DNA of 64,000 nucleotides. Source: Gnetum montanum. Its lineage: Eukaryota > Plantae > Gnetophyta. The position numbers and the translations under genes are program-made. The DNA lies in assembly GCA_015680685.1 (NCBI GenBank), contig MNCI01002192.1, forward strand, positions 127,237 to 191,236, given 5' to 3'. The notes under the pieces were generated by a model that was not told the DNA's origin, did not search any database, and was given only the letters and a program-made list of their open reading frames with translations. Positions 25,000 to 38,104 of this stretch are shown one piece after another. Position 1 is the first letter of the stretch. The number at the start of each line of letters is the position of its first letter.

Positions 25000-27620
25000 A
25001 ATTATGAAAATGCATGTATTAGTTCTTGATTCAAGATAGAGCATCTTCCTCATGACTACACTCATGGGTGAGCATTCAAAAAATGGGTTGCATATTCCTT
25101 TGGTTATACATCATTTTCCATTTATCATCTTTAGTGATTTATGTTTTGCTTTGTTGTAAAATTTAACATTGATGATATTCAAGTTTTGATCATTTGGAGA
25201 CATATAATCAGTTGGACTATAAGGTATTTTTTAGAAGGTCTAGGTATGTTTCTTTTTTTATTTTTTATTTTAGTTCTCATATCTTCTTGTTCAACAATTT
25301 CTTCTAGTGTATAATTAGAGGGTAAGATGTCCTTTCTAAGTTCTCTATTAGTTCATTTTCTTAGGATAAGAACTTGTAAGTGGATTGAATGTTTTCATTC
25401 ATCTTTTAGATAGTTTAGTATTCTCATTTCCTAGTTACTAAGTATCTTTTGGTTTAGTGTCTATTGTGTAGACATGTTTTTTCACACACACATGTTCCTC
25501 AAGATTGTTGTGGGTTGGTATAGGGACTATGTTAATACTTTAAAATTTTGGCTCACAACTACATCCTTTATCATTAAAAGTACTACATGGAATTTCCTAT
25601 TTCTTCACCATGTTAAATTTAACTTTCATGTTTTATTTAGGAGTGGTCATGGTTGTTGGCTTTTGCATGGGACTAGGAGGCATTATTTTTGTAAGAAAAA
25701 AGATTGTACCATATTGTTCTTACATTGGTTATGATGAGCTATTAGGTCTACTAGTTTTATTCACATGTGTGGAAGCCATCCTAAAGAAAGGATGCTTTTA
25801 AGACTTGTGCTTAGTGCTACTAGCATTATTGTCCTTTTGTATCTTCATAGAACAAGTGACATTCTTCTATTGAGGTTGTGGTGCTAATTCTTTCTACATT
25901 GTTGGTGGTGTTGTTCACAGGAAGTGTGAGAATATTGAGGATATGATCGATGTTGAGAGACATAAAATGGTGATTCCATAGGAGATGTTATGGGTTGATG
26001 CTATTCAAAAGGGTAATAGTAGTGAGTTGAGGCATGAGTAATAGAACCATTAGGAGAAACAAGTTATTAAATATAGTATCCATAAGAATCTTGTTGGTAA
26101 TAAGGATATTACTAGTTTGGTGGTAGCAACCACCACAACTATGGATTTTACAATTGTCATTGATAGTAGTCTTGAGGTTAAGAAGGATTCTTATTTGGAT
26201 AATACTATTGATTCTAGTAGAAATATTTATAATTGCATTGTGGATAAGATAATCTTTGAGGGATTCCATTTACATGAACTTTGAATTCAAAGTAAGAGCC
26301 CTAGACTCTTGTAGATGTAACATAATTGAGTAGTAGCCCTTTGGATATTCATATTAAGAAATGTCACATCCATCCTCCTCCTCTAAATCTAAGTTTGTAA
26401 TCTCTTTGATTTTAGCTAGATTTCCTTTTTACCAATGTTTTCTTGTTTTCTTATTCTTTTTTCTTATCTTAATTAATTGATCGTACTTGCTTTACCATAT
26501 TCTCTATGATTTTCAAGTTGGTTGTAACTTTTTCATCAATCAATTCTGACATCTTATCTATCATTGCTTTAATATCAATGATAGACTTTTGGATTGTTAA
26601 CATTTTATGTAAAATTAACTCATCAAGATCTACCTCTTCTTCCTAATCATAAATATGGACCTCCTTTTTGGAAAGGGTTGTATCCTAGTTATATTTCTCT
26701 ATAATATCCCTTTTGCATAGGTCTCCTTCTTCTTGTGCCACATGTTCAATTTACCTTTGTATATGATGAACTCTTAGTTCTGATAATCTTTCTTGGTTAT
26801 AGATCCTAAGGATCTCCCTCATTTTGTTACGAAGCCCATCTATGATATGAAAAAGTTTGTCTTTTTAAGAAAATTCATGGATTGGGCATCTATGAAGTAG
26901 TATCTACCCAAGGCTACATCAAGGGATTCATGATTTTTTTGCTTCCATTCTTGGATTTATTTTCATATATTAGATACTCTTGAATAGTTTTGGTATTTCT
27001 TATTGAAGAGTTCAAGCATTGTGGACCATCAATGGATTAAATTTAGTTTGAAAGATCTATACCAACTTTTGGCTTCTTCTATTAGTATCCTAGGGAAGAG
27101 CTTAAGCTTTTTTCACTTACTTTCAATATTTTACAAGGTGTAGGTATCATGGAAATCTTGTAAATGATGTTATGGATCACAATTGTAGCCTCCATCAAAT
27201 TTAGGAATATTATTCATATCAACCCATTTGATGCAACTTTCCCTTTGATGCCTGTCAGGAATTTTAATTGTCTACCTAATCTATATCATCCTTCTAGTAG
27301 CCAACAAGGGTTTCTCATTGTTAGATATGTAACTATCATAATTTTTATTTCTATTTTTCCAATTGTAATGGTCTTTTTTATGCTCCATTTGAAACCTTGT
27401 ATCTTGTCCTTGATATATATTTCTATCTTCATCTTGACACCGTAGTAGAGCTCTATCTCCATACCTATGTTCATATTTATTAAAACTAGACACTAAATAT
27501 GAAGGAAAAGATGGTGAATTGGGAAAATCATCATGGCTTATATATCTTCCTCTATGCTTCATTAGCTCATCTCTTCTAGGTTTGTAGAAGGTCCTAGGCC
27601 TTCAGACCTTCATTATTCTA
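25000..27620 (-). pseudogene. Highly degenerate gypsy (non-chromovirus, Athila-like?) gag-protease
   Basis: Minus-strand DP*HHLQDF..KLFPRILIEEAKSWYRS..WSTMLELF (retrotransposon gag). Protease-like AIINISTRIN at ~26.2 kb. Adjacent LTR 27750-28497. Confidence 0.6.
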
Positions 27621-27749
27621 GGACTTGTTCCATCCATTCTAGGGATGTCCATGATAGTTTAATGCAATCATTGAATATATTAAGGGTCAGAATGAGTAGA
27701 TGAAACCCTTACTTATAAATGGTTCACTCTAATTCTCTTCAATATAAAT

Positions 27750-28497
27750 TGTATCATTACTTTTATTGATGTTCTTATAATGTGATGATTAATTGACCCT
27801 ATTTAATCATGGAAATTAATTATTTAATTAATCAAAATTATAAAAAGAAGATAAATCCTAAGTTATTCTAAGAGTGATGAGCATTTGTTCTCAACTTATC
27901 GTACACATCCTACACTCATTTACTCATTGCTTGGATTACCAAGTGTTACGCTACTAGACAAACCAAGAAATAATGCTACTAGGATTACCAAGTAAATAGG
28001 TATTTACACTCCAAATTGGTTGTGCTTGTTCCACCAATTGATTAATGTTCATGAGAATATAAGTATTAACTAAGTACATAGAAAGTAAATTATGTTTAAA
28101 CTAAGTCTATTCTAAGTCAAGGTATTGTAATGAAAATGAATCAATTTTCATCTTATTATCATTCATGGAATGTGTCTAGGTACAATGCCATTTGAATATG
28201 ACACTGAACAATTGACTCAAATCTATGCTACAAGCACTCATTTCTTATTTTCTAACTTCTATAGAAAAAAAAACAAGAGTTTGGCTACTAACATGATCAA
28301 AGTTACCATAAACATGATAGGTGACTCATATTTATAGGCATTTACTATAATTGTGACATCATATTTACAAGATAGCATCCCAACCTATAATATAGCAGAT
28401 GCAATATACCAACTATGATGTCATAGATGTGATATACTAGATATGATATTGTAGATGTCATATCTTAGTTGTCTAGCATAATTTTCATGCTTTATCA
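27750..28497 (-). repeat. 5' LTR of the 25-27.6 kb element
   Basis: Starts TGATAAAGCATG on minus. Colinear with 4098-4828. Confidence 0.7.
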
Positions 28498-29999
28498 ATT
28501 GTGAAAGAAAGGTTGAAACAAATACAAATTAATGTTCAAACTTTGTATAGTCACTTATATTACTGAAAATCAAAAGTATTACATCATGGAAAGGCCCTTT
28601 AGTTTATAGAAAAATAATGGGGCCTTAGTAGGAAACATGAACCAACAATACTCCATAACTTAGGATCATGTAAAAGGTGAAAAGTTAAATGAATTGAAAC
28701 CATTAAAAAGTACATTTTCCCATCAATTCATTAAAATTTTGAAAAAAAAATTAACTTTTTTTATATTATTGATTTAAATGAGAGATATGCATACATTAAC
28801 TTTTAACATTTTAAAATAGGTTTTGAATGATGATTCTTAATGCCTTCATGATCTTTTTCTTTCAAAGATGGTGAATTCTTCTTACATGTCATACCAGTAT
28901 CAACAAAGTGAAGGCAAATATAGATCCTCCAATATCATTTGTCATGGATCACATCCTTGGGATCACCCAACGTCCCATGTGACCATCCATCTAATGTTGG
29001 GATCACATGTAGGATATAAGTGATATATTCTCATGATTTGGAACCAAAAGTATTTTTTTTGTATGAGTTAAGATTTATGTAAGAAATTTGCAGCCATGTT
29101 TAGAGTTGAGTATGTTCTTAAGAACCTCCTCACATTTTTATTTATTCCATGTATGTACTCTTCTTAAATTGGAGGCAACTTCATGTGAAGAATTTGTTAT
29201 AGCATGAAAAGAAACTCAAAGTAATAGAAGATAAGTATTTTCTTCCATATCATTATCTTATTATGTCATTTTAGTTATTTCATCTATTTTAGTCACATTC
29301 CAATATCTCATTGCTTCATCAATTTCATATCATCTCCATTATCATTGAAGAAATGGAAGAAGAAGAACTTATTAGAGATCAATCTTTATTGGTGTTTATT
29401 ATTTATTCAAGTGGCTATTGTAGATCTAAGAAAAATTCCAAGTTAAAGAAGGGCTTTCTTAACCATCATAGAACTCATCAAAGTCAATCGAGAGTCAACA
29501 CTTCAAGTGGTTTGAAGGCCTCTAATACTTAGCCGTTTGAGTTGTGTTTCTTACTATTGAGTTCCTACCATTTTTCTTAGCTCGTGAAGCATAATTTGAG
29601 CTCTATTTTAGCATTCTTTTGGGTCCTATTTTAGCATCCATACAAAAACACAAGTTTATCATGACTCATGATTTACTTAGAGATACACAATGACAATTCA
29701 TAATCTTGATAGAAATACAAAGGAAGTTGGAGGAAGAAATTTCTTAACTTATTTAACAATCATGACCTAAATGGTTTGGCCACCATAACCATATTATGAC
29801 TCATGGTTAAAATTACACAAGTGCTCCATTACCCATGATTCTTGCACTTTTCACCAAAATACACTATGCCTCATGGTCATTAACAATGAGCTCACCATGA
29901 ATTGTGATCTATAATACCACAAGTAAGTTACCACATGTGGTCCCAATCATCGTAAATTTTTAAGATGAATTTTGAAGCTAGGCTAGAAGTTTTAGAAAG

Positions 30000-31500
30000 A
30001 GAAAAAGTTTCTTATCCACTGTCACCTTTGACACTATCACTTATACTAGAAAAATTAAATCATGTCTAAGTACGATTACAAGTTTATGATGTTGAGCATG
30101 TATGTGCCTTACTTACATTGATTAGGGAGGGCTAGGGAAAATCATTTTATTTATGGTATTCTTATGTCTAGTAAGGATCACTTATTTTTCATCTATCTTT
30201 AGATAGTTAAGAATATACATTTTTTCTATAGTTGGTAGAGGAAATGCATTATAGTTATTCTCATAAGAGGGACCAAACTTCTTTTGGGAACCCTAGTAGA
30301 TCCAAGCAAGATCAATGTTCTATATCTAGTGGATATTAGCACTAGCACTAGTTTTTGGATGTTGGAACCACTTGTGGATCCATTACTTATCATCCTTATA
30401 GAAAATTTAGGCTATTCTAAAGAAATTACCTCAATTTTTATAATTGTAATCAGCTAGATAATATGATATTTAACTATATAAAGCATTTAGGTAATGATAG
30501 TTCTTAGTAGGATGGTAGAATAACAAGTGGTTAAGGTGATGCTAAGATACATGGATATGTTTATGCTTTGATTGACTAATTGGCTAATGCTTAAGCCAAA
30601 ACAATGATGTAGGAAAAAGATACAATTTTATATTTTGTAGTTTTGAATCTCTTTGATCTTGATGCTAGTCATTCTTTTATTGATCCATGGATAGTTTAGC
30701 ATTTAGGTTTTGAAAGTTAGTTCCTTCTTTAATGATTTATGATTAGTACTATTGGTGGTAGTGTACTTGTTGTGGATCAAGTCTAAAGATTAATATCTTT
30801 GGTATTTCAAGATATCTCTTAGCTAAGTAATCTTTAATCATGAGTATAGGTGAACATGATATCATCTTGGGTATAGATTAGTTATCCCATTATTAGAGCA
30901 ACTTAGATCATTGTCACAAGACACTTTTCTTTATAATAAATGATGATGTTTAGATGACTATGCATACTAGGCTACATAAGATTAAGTTAGATCTTATCTA
31001 TTTGAGTTCTACTTATTACTTGGATTATTATTAATAATGTTCTATTTTGTTCATGCATCTTATGAATATAGTGTGATGACATCTTACCTAGATAATTTTT
31101 TTAATTATGTGCATCTATGACATTTTGGTGTACTCACCATTGAAGGATCTTTATGAGCAACATTTGAGAATATTTTTATAGGTGTTTAGGAAGCATTATT
31201 TATTTACTTAAGCATCTAAGTGTTCATTTTGATGCTAAGATATTTAATTTTGTGATATGTTATTTTAAAGGTTAGTATTATTATACCTACTTTTTTGATA
31301 TTTCAACAACTAGAATATGTGTGATTTTAACATTTTTATATTTACTAAAGGAATTTCAGGTAGCACAAGAATTACTTGGTTATCTTGACTTCACAAAGAA
31401 CTAGCTAATAACATTTGTATTTTTGGAAAGCTTAGGAAGTTATCTACAATTTGAAAAAAATGAAGTATTACAAATGATATTCAAAAGATAAGGCTATGTT
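30000..31500 (+). pseudogene. Very degenerate gypsy (chromovirus-like) gag/PR/RT fragment
   Basis: LFDLDASHSFID (PR active-site region, ~30650), DIILGID*L (~30860) and DILVYS..EQHLRI (RT, ~31120). Confidence 0.6.
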
Positions 31501-31534
31501 ATATTCTTTTTAATCATTCAAAAGTTAGGATTGT

Positions 31535-32492
31535 TTACATTTTGTTATGTCAAAACCTTGGAAAATGAAGAAAGTGGAAAATGTACTCGTGAAATCTTGT
31601 AACACTTGAAAAAGACAAGAGCTTGACAAGAACGTGTTGAAGATCAAGACAAGAGTTGAGTTGTTAATCTAAAGGCATAAAGAGTTTTGGAAAATTCAAA
31701 AGGATGTATGATGTTTAAAAGTCAATAGAAGATGTTTTAGTAGTTGTTAAAGCATCCTAGAGAAATAGCGAATGTTCTTATTAAAAAGCCAAGATTTCAA
31801 GTGAGATGTTCCAAAAAATAGTAGACATCTTAATTGAAGCTAAGATATCCTAGTTAAGATTTCTTATGTGAGATGTCTTAATTAAAGTAAGACGTCCCAA
31901 CTGCAAGCATCATAAAGTCAATAATATGTGTCAAGCTTGAATGAGACATCCCAACTAGCCATTTTCTAGTTGTTGTATGAATTCCAAGGATCATTTGAAC
32001 ATGATAAAAACTATAAAAGAGATGATGTCTTTATGAAAAGTACAAGTATATTCACATTAATATTTCCATTATTGCATACATCAAGTGAAATATTTTGTAC
32101 TTCAATTCTTGATCATTTTGTTAATTTGTATATTTGTTGAGAGCTTCAAAGTAAGGAATCTATAATTTGAGTATATTTTCTTCTTGATGTTCTCTTTGTG
32201 AGCCCTACGAAGTTGATGCACTTCTTGCAAGAAGGAATCTCTTGAGAATATTGGGACCTTGAGGGATTATATGTGTTTCTTAAGAGAAAACACCCCATGT
32301 AGAGCTCAAGTTATTGTAAAGGTTGTGGTATCCTTAAAATCACATTTTTAAAGAAATAAAGTTTGAAGGTGTGCAAAGATTCTATCCATTGAGTGTGGAC
32401 ATACCCAAGTTGGAAAACCACATACATATATGTGAAGTTTTGATTTTAATTGATGGATCTTATTCAATCTCCCTTCTATGTTCTTGATCTTT
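31535..32492 (+). mobile_element. Copia 5' LTR
   Basis: AGATGTC/GACATC motif cluster. CTATAAAAG at ~32011. Followed by PBS-like GGTATTGGAGC and a gag start. Homologous (inverted) to 47185-48287. Confidence 0.65.
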
Positions 32493-32495
32493 AGG

Positions 32496-32667
32496 CGGTA
32501 TTGGAGCAAGGTACTCTCAGTTATAAGTAGAACAACTCAAGAGTAAACAATGGAAGGAACATCATATGCCAAGCCACCAATGTTCAATTGAATCAACTTC
32601 ATGTACTGGAAAGCTTGAATGCAAGGATTCTTTAAATTCATGAAGTCTGAAGTTTGGAAATTCATCC
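32496..32667 (+). pseudogene. Copia PBS and gag N-terminus, interrupted at 32668
   Basis: GGTATTGGAGC (iMet PBS-like), then MEGTSYAKPPMFN*INFMYWKA*MQGFF..EVWKFI. Confidence 0.75.
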
Positions 32668-33161
32668 TATAACATCTTGTCCCTTGTTCAAGGTGGAATT
32701 GTACTATAATCATGTAATTAACCTTCGAAATAGCGAGTGCCTCATTATGAGGAGTTGGAATTATTCATGATATCCCTTGGGAATGGGTTTGACCTATGGC
32801 ATTTAAGGTCAAGATTAGAGGTCATGCTAACATGGAGTTGTAGAACCAAGATTGGGAAGTAACAAGAGCTGGGTGAAGTTAGATAAGAAGAAATTAATCA
32901 CCCCTTTGGCTAGATATCCTAACCATGGTGGTAGTGTTGGATTGCCTCTAAAGGTCTTAAGTGCCATAGAAAGATAACCGAGAGGGGCGTTACAGTTTAC
33001 CATTTAACACCAATAAAATTTTTCCTTACCTTATTTCTTAATTTAGTGCCACAATATTATTTACTAAGTTATTCGATTATATTTCCATTATAGTTTTACA
33101 TGTGATGGATTAAGCAATGAATGATTATGTTTTAATCAACATATGGGAATGGGATGTCACA
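32668..33161 (+). repeat. 5' LTR of chromovirus copy A, followed by iMet PBS (33164-33174)
   Basis: T(G>A)TAACATC...GGATGTCACA then TGGTATTGGAG. It is the reverse complement of 37398-37907. Confidence 0.85.
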
Positions 33162-33349
33162 TTTGGTATTGGAGAAAATAATGATTTAGGAGCCAAGTGG
33201 AATAGAATATTATTAAACTTTATTATTAAATATGGATAAAATACATAGAGTATGGAAATATATGGAAGGAAATAGAAGAAGATGGAAGTAGAAGAAGGGA
33301 TCAATTAGGGAGATGGATGGAAGTGGAAGAGAGATAAGTTATTGTTATT

Positions 33350-35450
33350 TGATTTAAAGAGCTTGAGAAGATCAAAAATAGCCTTCAACTGGGCCTCATG
33401 TTTCTTCTCAGTAGCATCTTTTTTATTGATTATTAGCTAGCATTCAACTAAACCATTGCATATTTGTTTGATGTATTTGGTGACACCCTTTGTTGCAGCT
33501 TGTACCTCATCCATCTTTGTAAGCTCACATTCCAATAGAGTCATCTAAAGAGTTCATTGGACCACATCTTCCTACCATTCTTTCTTTTCCCTTCACATAC
33601 AAAAGAAAAGATTCAAGATTAAGGCTATGAGTGTAAAGATCATAATAAAAATAAATAGAAGAAAGAAAAAGAATTACTTACATGAAGTTGATCATTCTCT
33701 ACCTAGAGGATGCTTTTGTAGTTCAACAAATAACGAGCAAGATAAGTGGTACTCTTTAATTCTCCTAAGAGCTATTTGAGATTTCTAAAAACTTCTAGAA
33801 CATCATTGGAAATAGGATGAAAGAAGGATGCATCACCAACATGCACTAAATCACGATATTCCTTGAAGTTACTCAATTTGGACTTCCTGAAATGGTACAA
33901 TTCTTCAGAAATGAAGTAAGGTGTATTTATAGTGATTTTTTCACCAAGATTTCAAATAAGAAAAAGTTATTCATTAGCAAAAACCACCATTTTTCCTAGT
34001 GAGAAAGAGGAATCCATGATGGTGATAGAAGGAGTTACTGTAACAGAATGAGGAATTGAAGATGTTAGCATGGCTTATGGTAAAGTAGCCCTTATTAGAG
34101 TCACATGAGGAGAAATCACACATGTTGATTTTAAGTGCAGGGTTGGAGTTTTCTCATAGCTAGTATGTGAGGTAGAATCCTTCCCTAACTCCTAGATGAT
34201 GTACCTCTAACCTAGAGATATCTATAACATAAATGAACACAAAGTGAGCATCACACAAGAAGAAGAAAGAAAAGGGAAGTATTTAAACACTATATAATTA
34301 AATTTGACTTTGATTATTTTCCTTTATCTTTTTGTTTGGTTCTATCCTTTTGTTTGATACTTAAAATTACCTATCTAGTAGAACCTTGGCTAGTATGTTG
34401 TTTCTCATTAAAAAGAACAATAATGAATATAAAAATTTAGAATTAGAAATTTAGAAGTAAAAAAAAATAATCCATTAAAAATACATAAATAAATAAATAA
34501 ACCTTAAAACTAAACTCTATCACCACCACATCCTCCCTTTCGAGAGTTGTTTGGTTTCTTTTAAAAATCCAATCACCTTCCATTGATTCAACACCATTCA
34601 TTTTGTAGCTAAGATTGCACTACCAATAAATACATAAAAAAATACATAATTAACAAAAGTATATATATATATACCTCATTAGTTCCTTGTAGGTTATGAG
34701 CTTACTTAAGAGTTCTTTAACCTTTCTTTCCAGCCTGCATCCAACCCTTCACAAGCTTCTCCCCTTCAAGAAACTTGGGATGTAAAATAGGGTCGAAACA
34801 ACTAAGAAGATTGGTTGAATCATTATAACTTAAAATTAAGGACATGATCATAGGTACATAGCATATAGTGTAAGGTTTCTGTAGATTTTTCTTTGTGGTA
34901 GTAGAATGTTCAATGGTGGAATGTAAGGCAAAAAAATAAGACAATGACCAATCATAAACTCTACCAATTTTAGCACCATGTAGAATATAGATGGAATAGA
35001 ATAGGTCGTCACATAGGAATGTTGTGGATTCTTGAATATCAGAATGATGAACATAATCAGACAATTTTTTTTGAAAAAATGTTTAAAACTTAGGAGAGAA
35101 AATTGTAGGGATTAAAGGATTCTTCCCTAAGTGAAGACCTAAACTTGATTGAATGTCAACCAAAGTAATTACTAATGGTCCAAAAGTAATTTTTGAAGGA
35201 GAACTTTTAATTTTAATATAGGCATTACACCATTGTATTATCAGATTCTTACAATACGATGCTTTAAAAGTAGGAAAGACAAGTAGCTCAGATAATCTAG
35301 AGGTTGTAAGATATTGAAACTTCTCAACTTTGAGTAAGTTACAAAAAGAAGTAGAAGCTAAAACTAAATTATTTTGGTTCAAAATAATAGATTCTGATTT
35401 AGGGCTACCTGAAGGAGCTTGAGAGGAACACTTACAATCCATGCTATCAT
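33350..35450 (-). pseudogene. Antisense multi-exon accessory gene (PMD-like) in the 5' leader of chromovirus copy A
   Basis: ORFs 35083-35442 (..FGPLVITLVDIQSSLGL..) and 34717-35064 (..GRVYDWSLSYFFALH..). GT-AG introns 33591-33681 and 34620-34674. TATA-like CTATAAAT on minus at ~35514-35521. Confidence 0.65.
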
Positions 35451-36129
35451 GCTTATAGAAATCTTCTTTGTCTATGAAATCTCTGCTATACTACAATGGA
35501 AAAACACTTCTTGATTTATAGAAAAATACAAAAAACCTTATATTTACAACTTAAGATTATTAATAATTAATTAAATCTAGCACTTGCTTTCTATGGTTTT
35601 TTTGATTGATAGGTTGAGAAAGCTAGAGTTCTCATGAATTAAAGACATAGTGCTCTCCAAGATGATTCTAATGGTACCAATTTTGTCCAAATTTGACTTA
35701 CGGTTTAGGGCTTCTCTTTTTGTATTGTATCTATTTTAACAAAATGTTATTAAAAATTAAATTATTTTTTTAAAAAGAAAGTAATGGGAGGTTGTGCATT
35801 CAAAAACCAACCTCAATATTTTACTATTATTAAAAAAAAAAGACTATTGGCAGGGTAGCGTGGCTTGTTGGGCAACAACTAGCAGTCAAGGATGCTTATT
35901 ATTGGTGTCCATCCCTAATGTTGGCCTAGGTGTAGAGGGATTTGCAAATGGTCCCATCCTCATTACAACATGTTGATCATGTGGGCAATGCTATAGCTCA
36001 ATGGGGAAGCAACATTGTGGTGATGGACTTGTAATCGACGAAAAGCATCAATGGCCTCACCTGAAACATCCTCTAGAACTTGTTGAACCCACTCTAGGGC
36101 CTTCTCTAGCTTAATCGCTAAGATCGCCT

Positions 36130-36860
36130 GAGCTGGGATCCTTATGTGTGCCATTCCCATCTTTGATGTTGTCTCTATCTCCAGCTCTAACATAGGCACT
36201 AGCTTCAGTGTTGGTGCAAGAGTTTTCATGACTCTACCCTCAACTACCATTACTAGTCATAATCCTCATTACCATGATTACCAAATCCTCATGCTCATCA
36301 AAACTATCACCAATTTCTGCACCTAGATGCTACTGCAATGGAATTGGAATCACCTAGTGTCACTACTATTGTTTCTAGATTCACAGGGCATCTATAAACC
36401 CTTGCCACACCACCACGATTTCAAAACCCTCATGCACATATGCATCCATGTACTTTGCCACTGCATTGGCACTATTGATGTGACCATCGACATCAAAAGT
36501 TGTTGCCTTCATTATCACCCATTGACACCTCCATTTTTGAGAATCGTTGCCTTCATCGACACCCACAAACATCATCAACACTAGGAATCATTTCCTTCAC
36601 CAGCATCCATGGACACCATCAGTGTTGGAAATTACTACCTTCACTGGCACTTGTGGAGACCATTGGTGCTAGGAATTGTTGCCTTCATTATTGTCCATAG
36701 ATAGTGTTGGCATTGAAAATTATTGCCTTCACTAGTGCTCATGAATATTGGTTTCATCAGGAATCATTACCTTCACTTGCATTCACAAAAAAAACTAGCA
36801 TTTGGAATTGCTACCTTCACTAATGCCAGTAGATGCCAACGTTGGAAATTGCTGGCTTTC
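36130..36860. repeat. Degenerate tandem array (TTGCCTTCA-containing units) in chromovirus leader A
   Basis: Recurrent GGAAT(C/T)..TTGCCTTCA(C/T) units. Counterpart at 46930-47150. Confidence 0.7.
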
Positions 36861-37024
36861 AATGATGGAAATTTTTTTTGTAAACTGACAAAGAAATTTA
36901 AAATATATGTTAGTTGATGAAACAAATTCAAATTAAAAAAATTTCATATCAAGATAAAAACTTTAAATTTAAGAATGCAAAAAGAATTTCAAAAAATAAT
37001 GGTGCCTTAACACCAAATGAGATA

Positions 37025-37090
37025 AAAATTCTGTAATTAAACATGCTCGCTCCAGAGTAGTACTAGGATGGGTGACATCTCAAGAAGTCT
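37025..37090 (+). promoter_or_regulatory. 5S rRNA-derived segment (Pol III internal control region: box A, IE, box C) in chromovirus leader A
   Basis: 23-nt exact match AGAGTAGTACTAGGATGGGTGAC (37054-37076) to plant 5S rRNA. Preceded by degenerate box A (ATTAAACATGCT) and followed by GAAGTC. The 5' ~40 nt of 5S are absent. Confidence 0.85.
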
Positions 37091-37397
37091 CAAAAAGTAA
37101 GAACATTTTTATAACTTAAAACAACCATAAATTGTGTTTCTAAAGTCCATTTTTAATGAAACAAGAACTATTTTCAAAAATTTAAACCTTCAAAACATAA
37201 TGGAATGATTAGATTCATCTTACACAAGATGAAAAATTAGTTTTTCAAACCATTATCTACATCCCTATAACATGAAGAGGGAATAATCAAAGTCTGTAGC
37301 AATTGGTTGGAAGTTCATGAAGAGAGATTTGTTCATTGTGGTTTAACCTTTGTTGGAATCAATTAACTATTGCAAGATTCATAAATAGGACCATAGG

Positions 37398-37907
37398 TGT
37401 GATATCCTATTCTTGGATGTCATAAAAATACGATTTCTTAATTTATTGCATTCATCATTTTCTTAGATAATATACTGGAAACATTATAAATATCTAATAA
37501 ATGAATTAACTAGTAAATAAATAATTAGTACTGAAAAATGAAAAGAGGAAAATGAAAAAATTTTATTAATAGAAGAGAGTATTTTTAATGCCCTCTAGGT
37601 TTTCTTCCCATGCCACTTAATCCTTAGAGGCAATCCAACATTGCCACCATGGTTAGGCTGTCTTGCCAAAGGGATGATCAGTCCTTTTCTATCTCACTTC
37701 ACCTGGCTCCTATTGCTTGCCTCTCTCGGCTCTGCAAATCCATGCCCAACACAACCTCTAACCTTAGCCTTAAATAGCATAGGTCAAACCCTTGCCCAAG
37801 GGATACATAAATAATTGTAACTTCTCATAATGAGGTTCCCCTTCATTTGAAGGTTAATTACATTGTTTACAATTATTTCCACCCTTAACAAAGAATGGGA
37901 TGTTACA
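37398..37907 (-). repeat. 3' LTR of chromovirus copy B
   Basis: Minus strand TGTAACATCCC...GGATATCACA, preceded by the PPT at ~37909-37921. Confidence 0.9.
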
Positions 37908-38104
37908 GTCTACCCCCCTTAGGCATCTAGCTCATCCTTAAGCACTTCCTCTATGTTTGGTTGCTTAGCTACTACTTCATTATTATGCTCCTCAAATTTG
38001 GTTCCTTTATTTTCCTCATTATCATCTATACAAATAGAAGATTATAAATTATAAAACATAATTTATTACATCCATAATAAATACAATTTATCATTCAATA
38101 TTGT

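Noticed and set aside
37025-37090. Functional 5S rRNA gene (also 46451-46515)
   Set aside because: Only the internal control region is present. The 5' ~40 nt and the 3' end of 5S are missing, and there is no tandem 5S array.
32668-37907. Inverted ~500-bp termini flanking a PMD-like gene, suggesting a TIR DNA transposon
   Set aside because: One arm is followed by an iMet PBS and the other is preceded by a PPT and integrase. These are LTRs of two nested chromoviruses.
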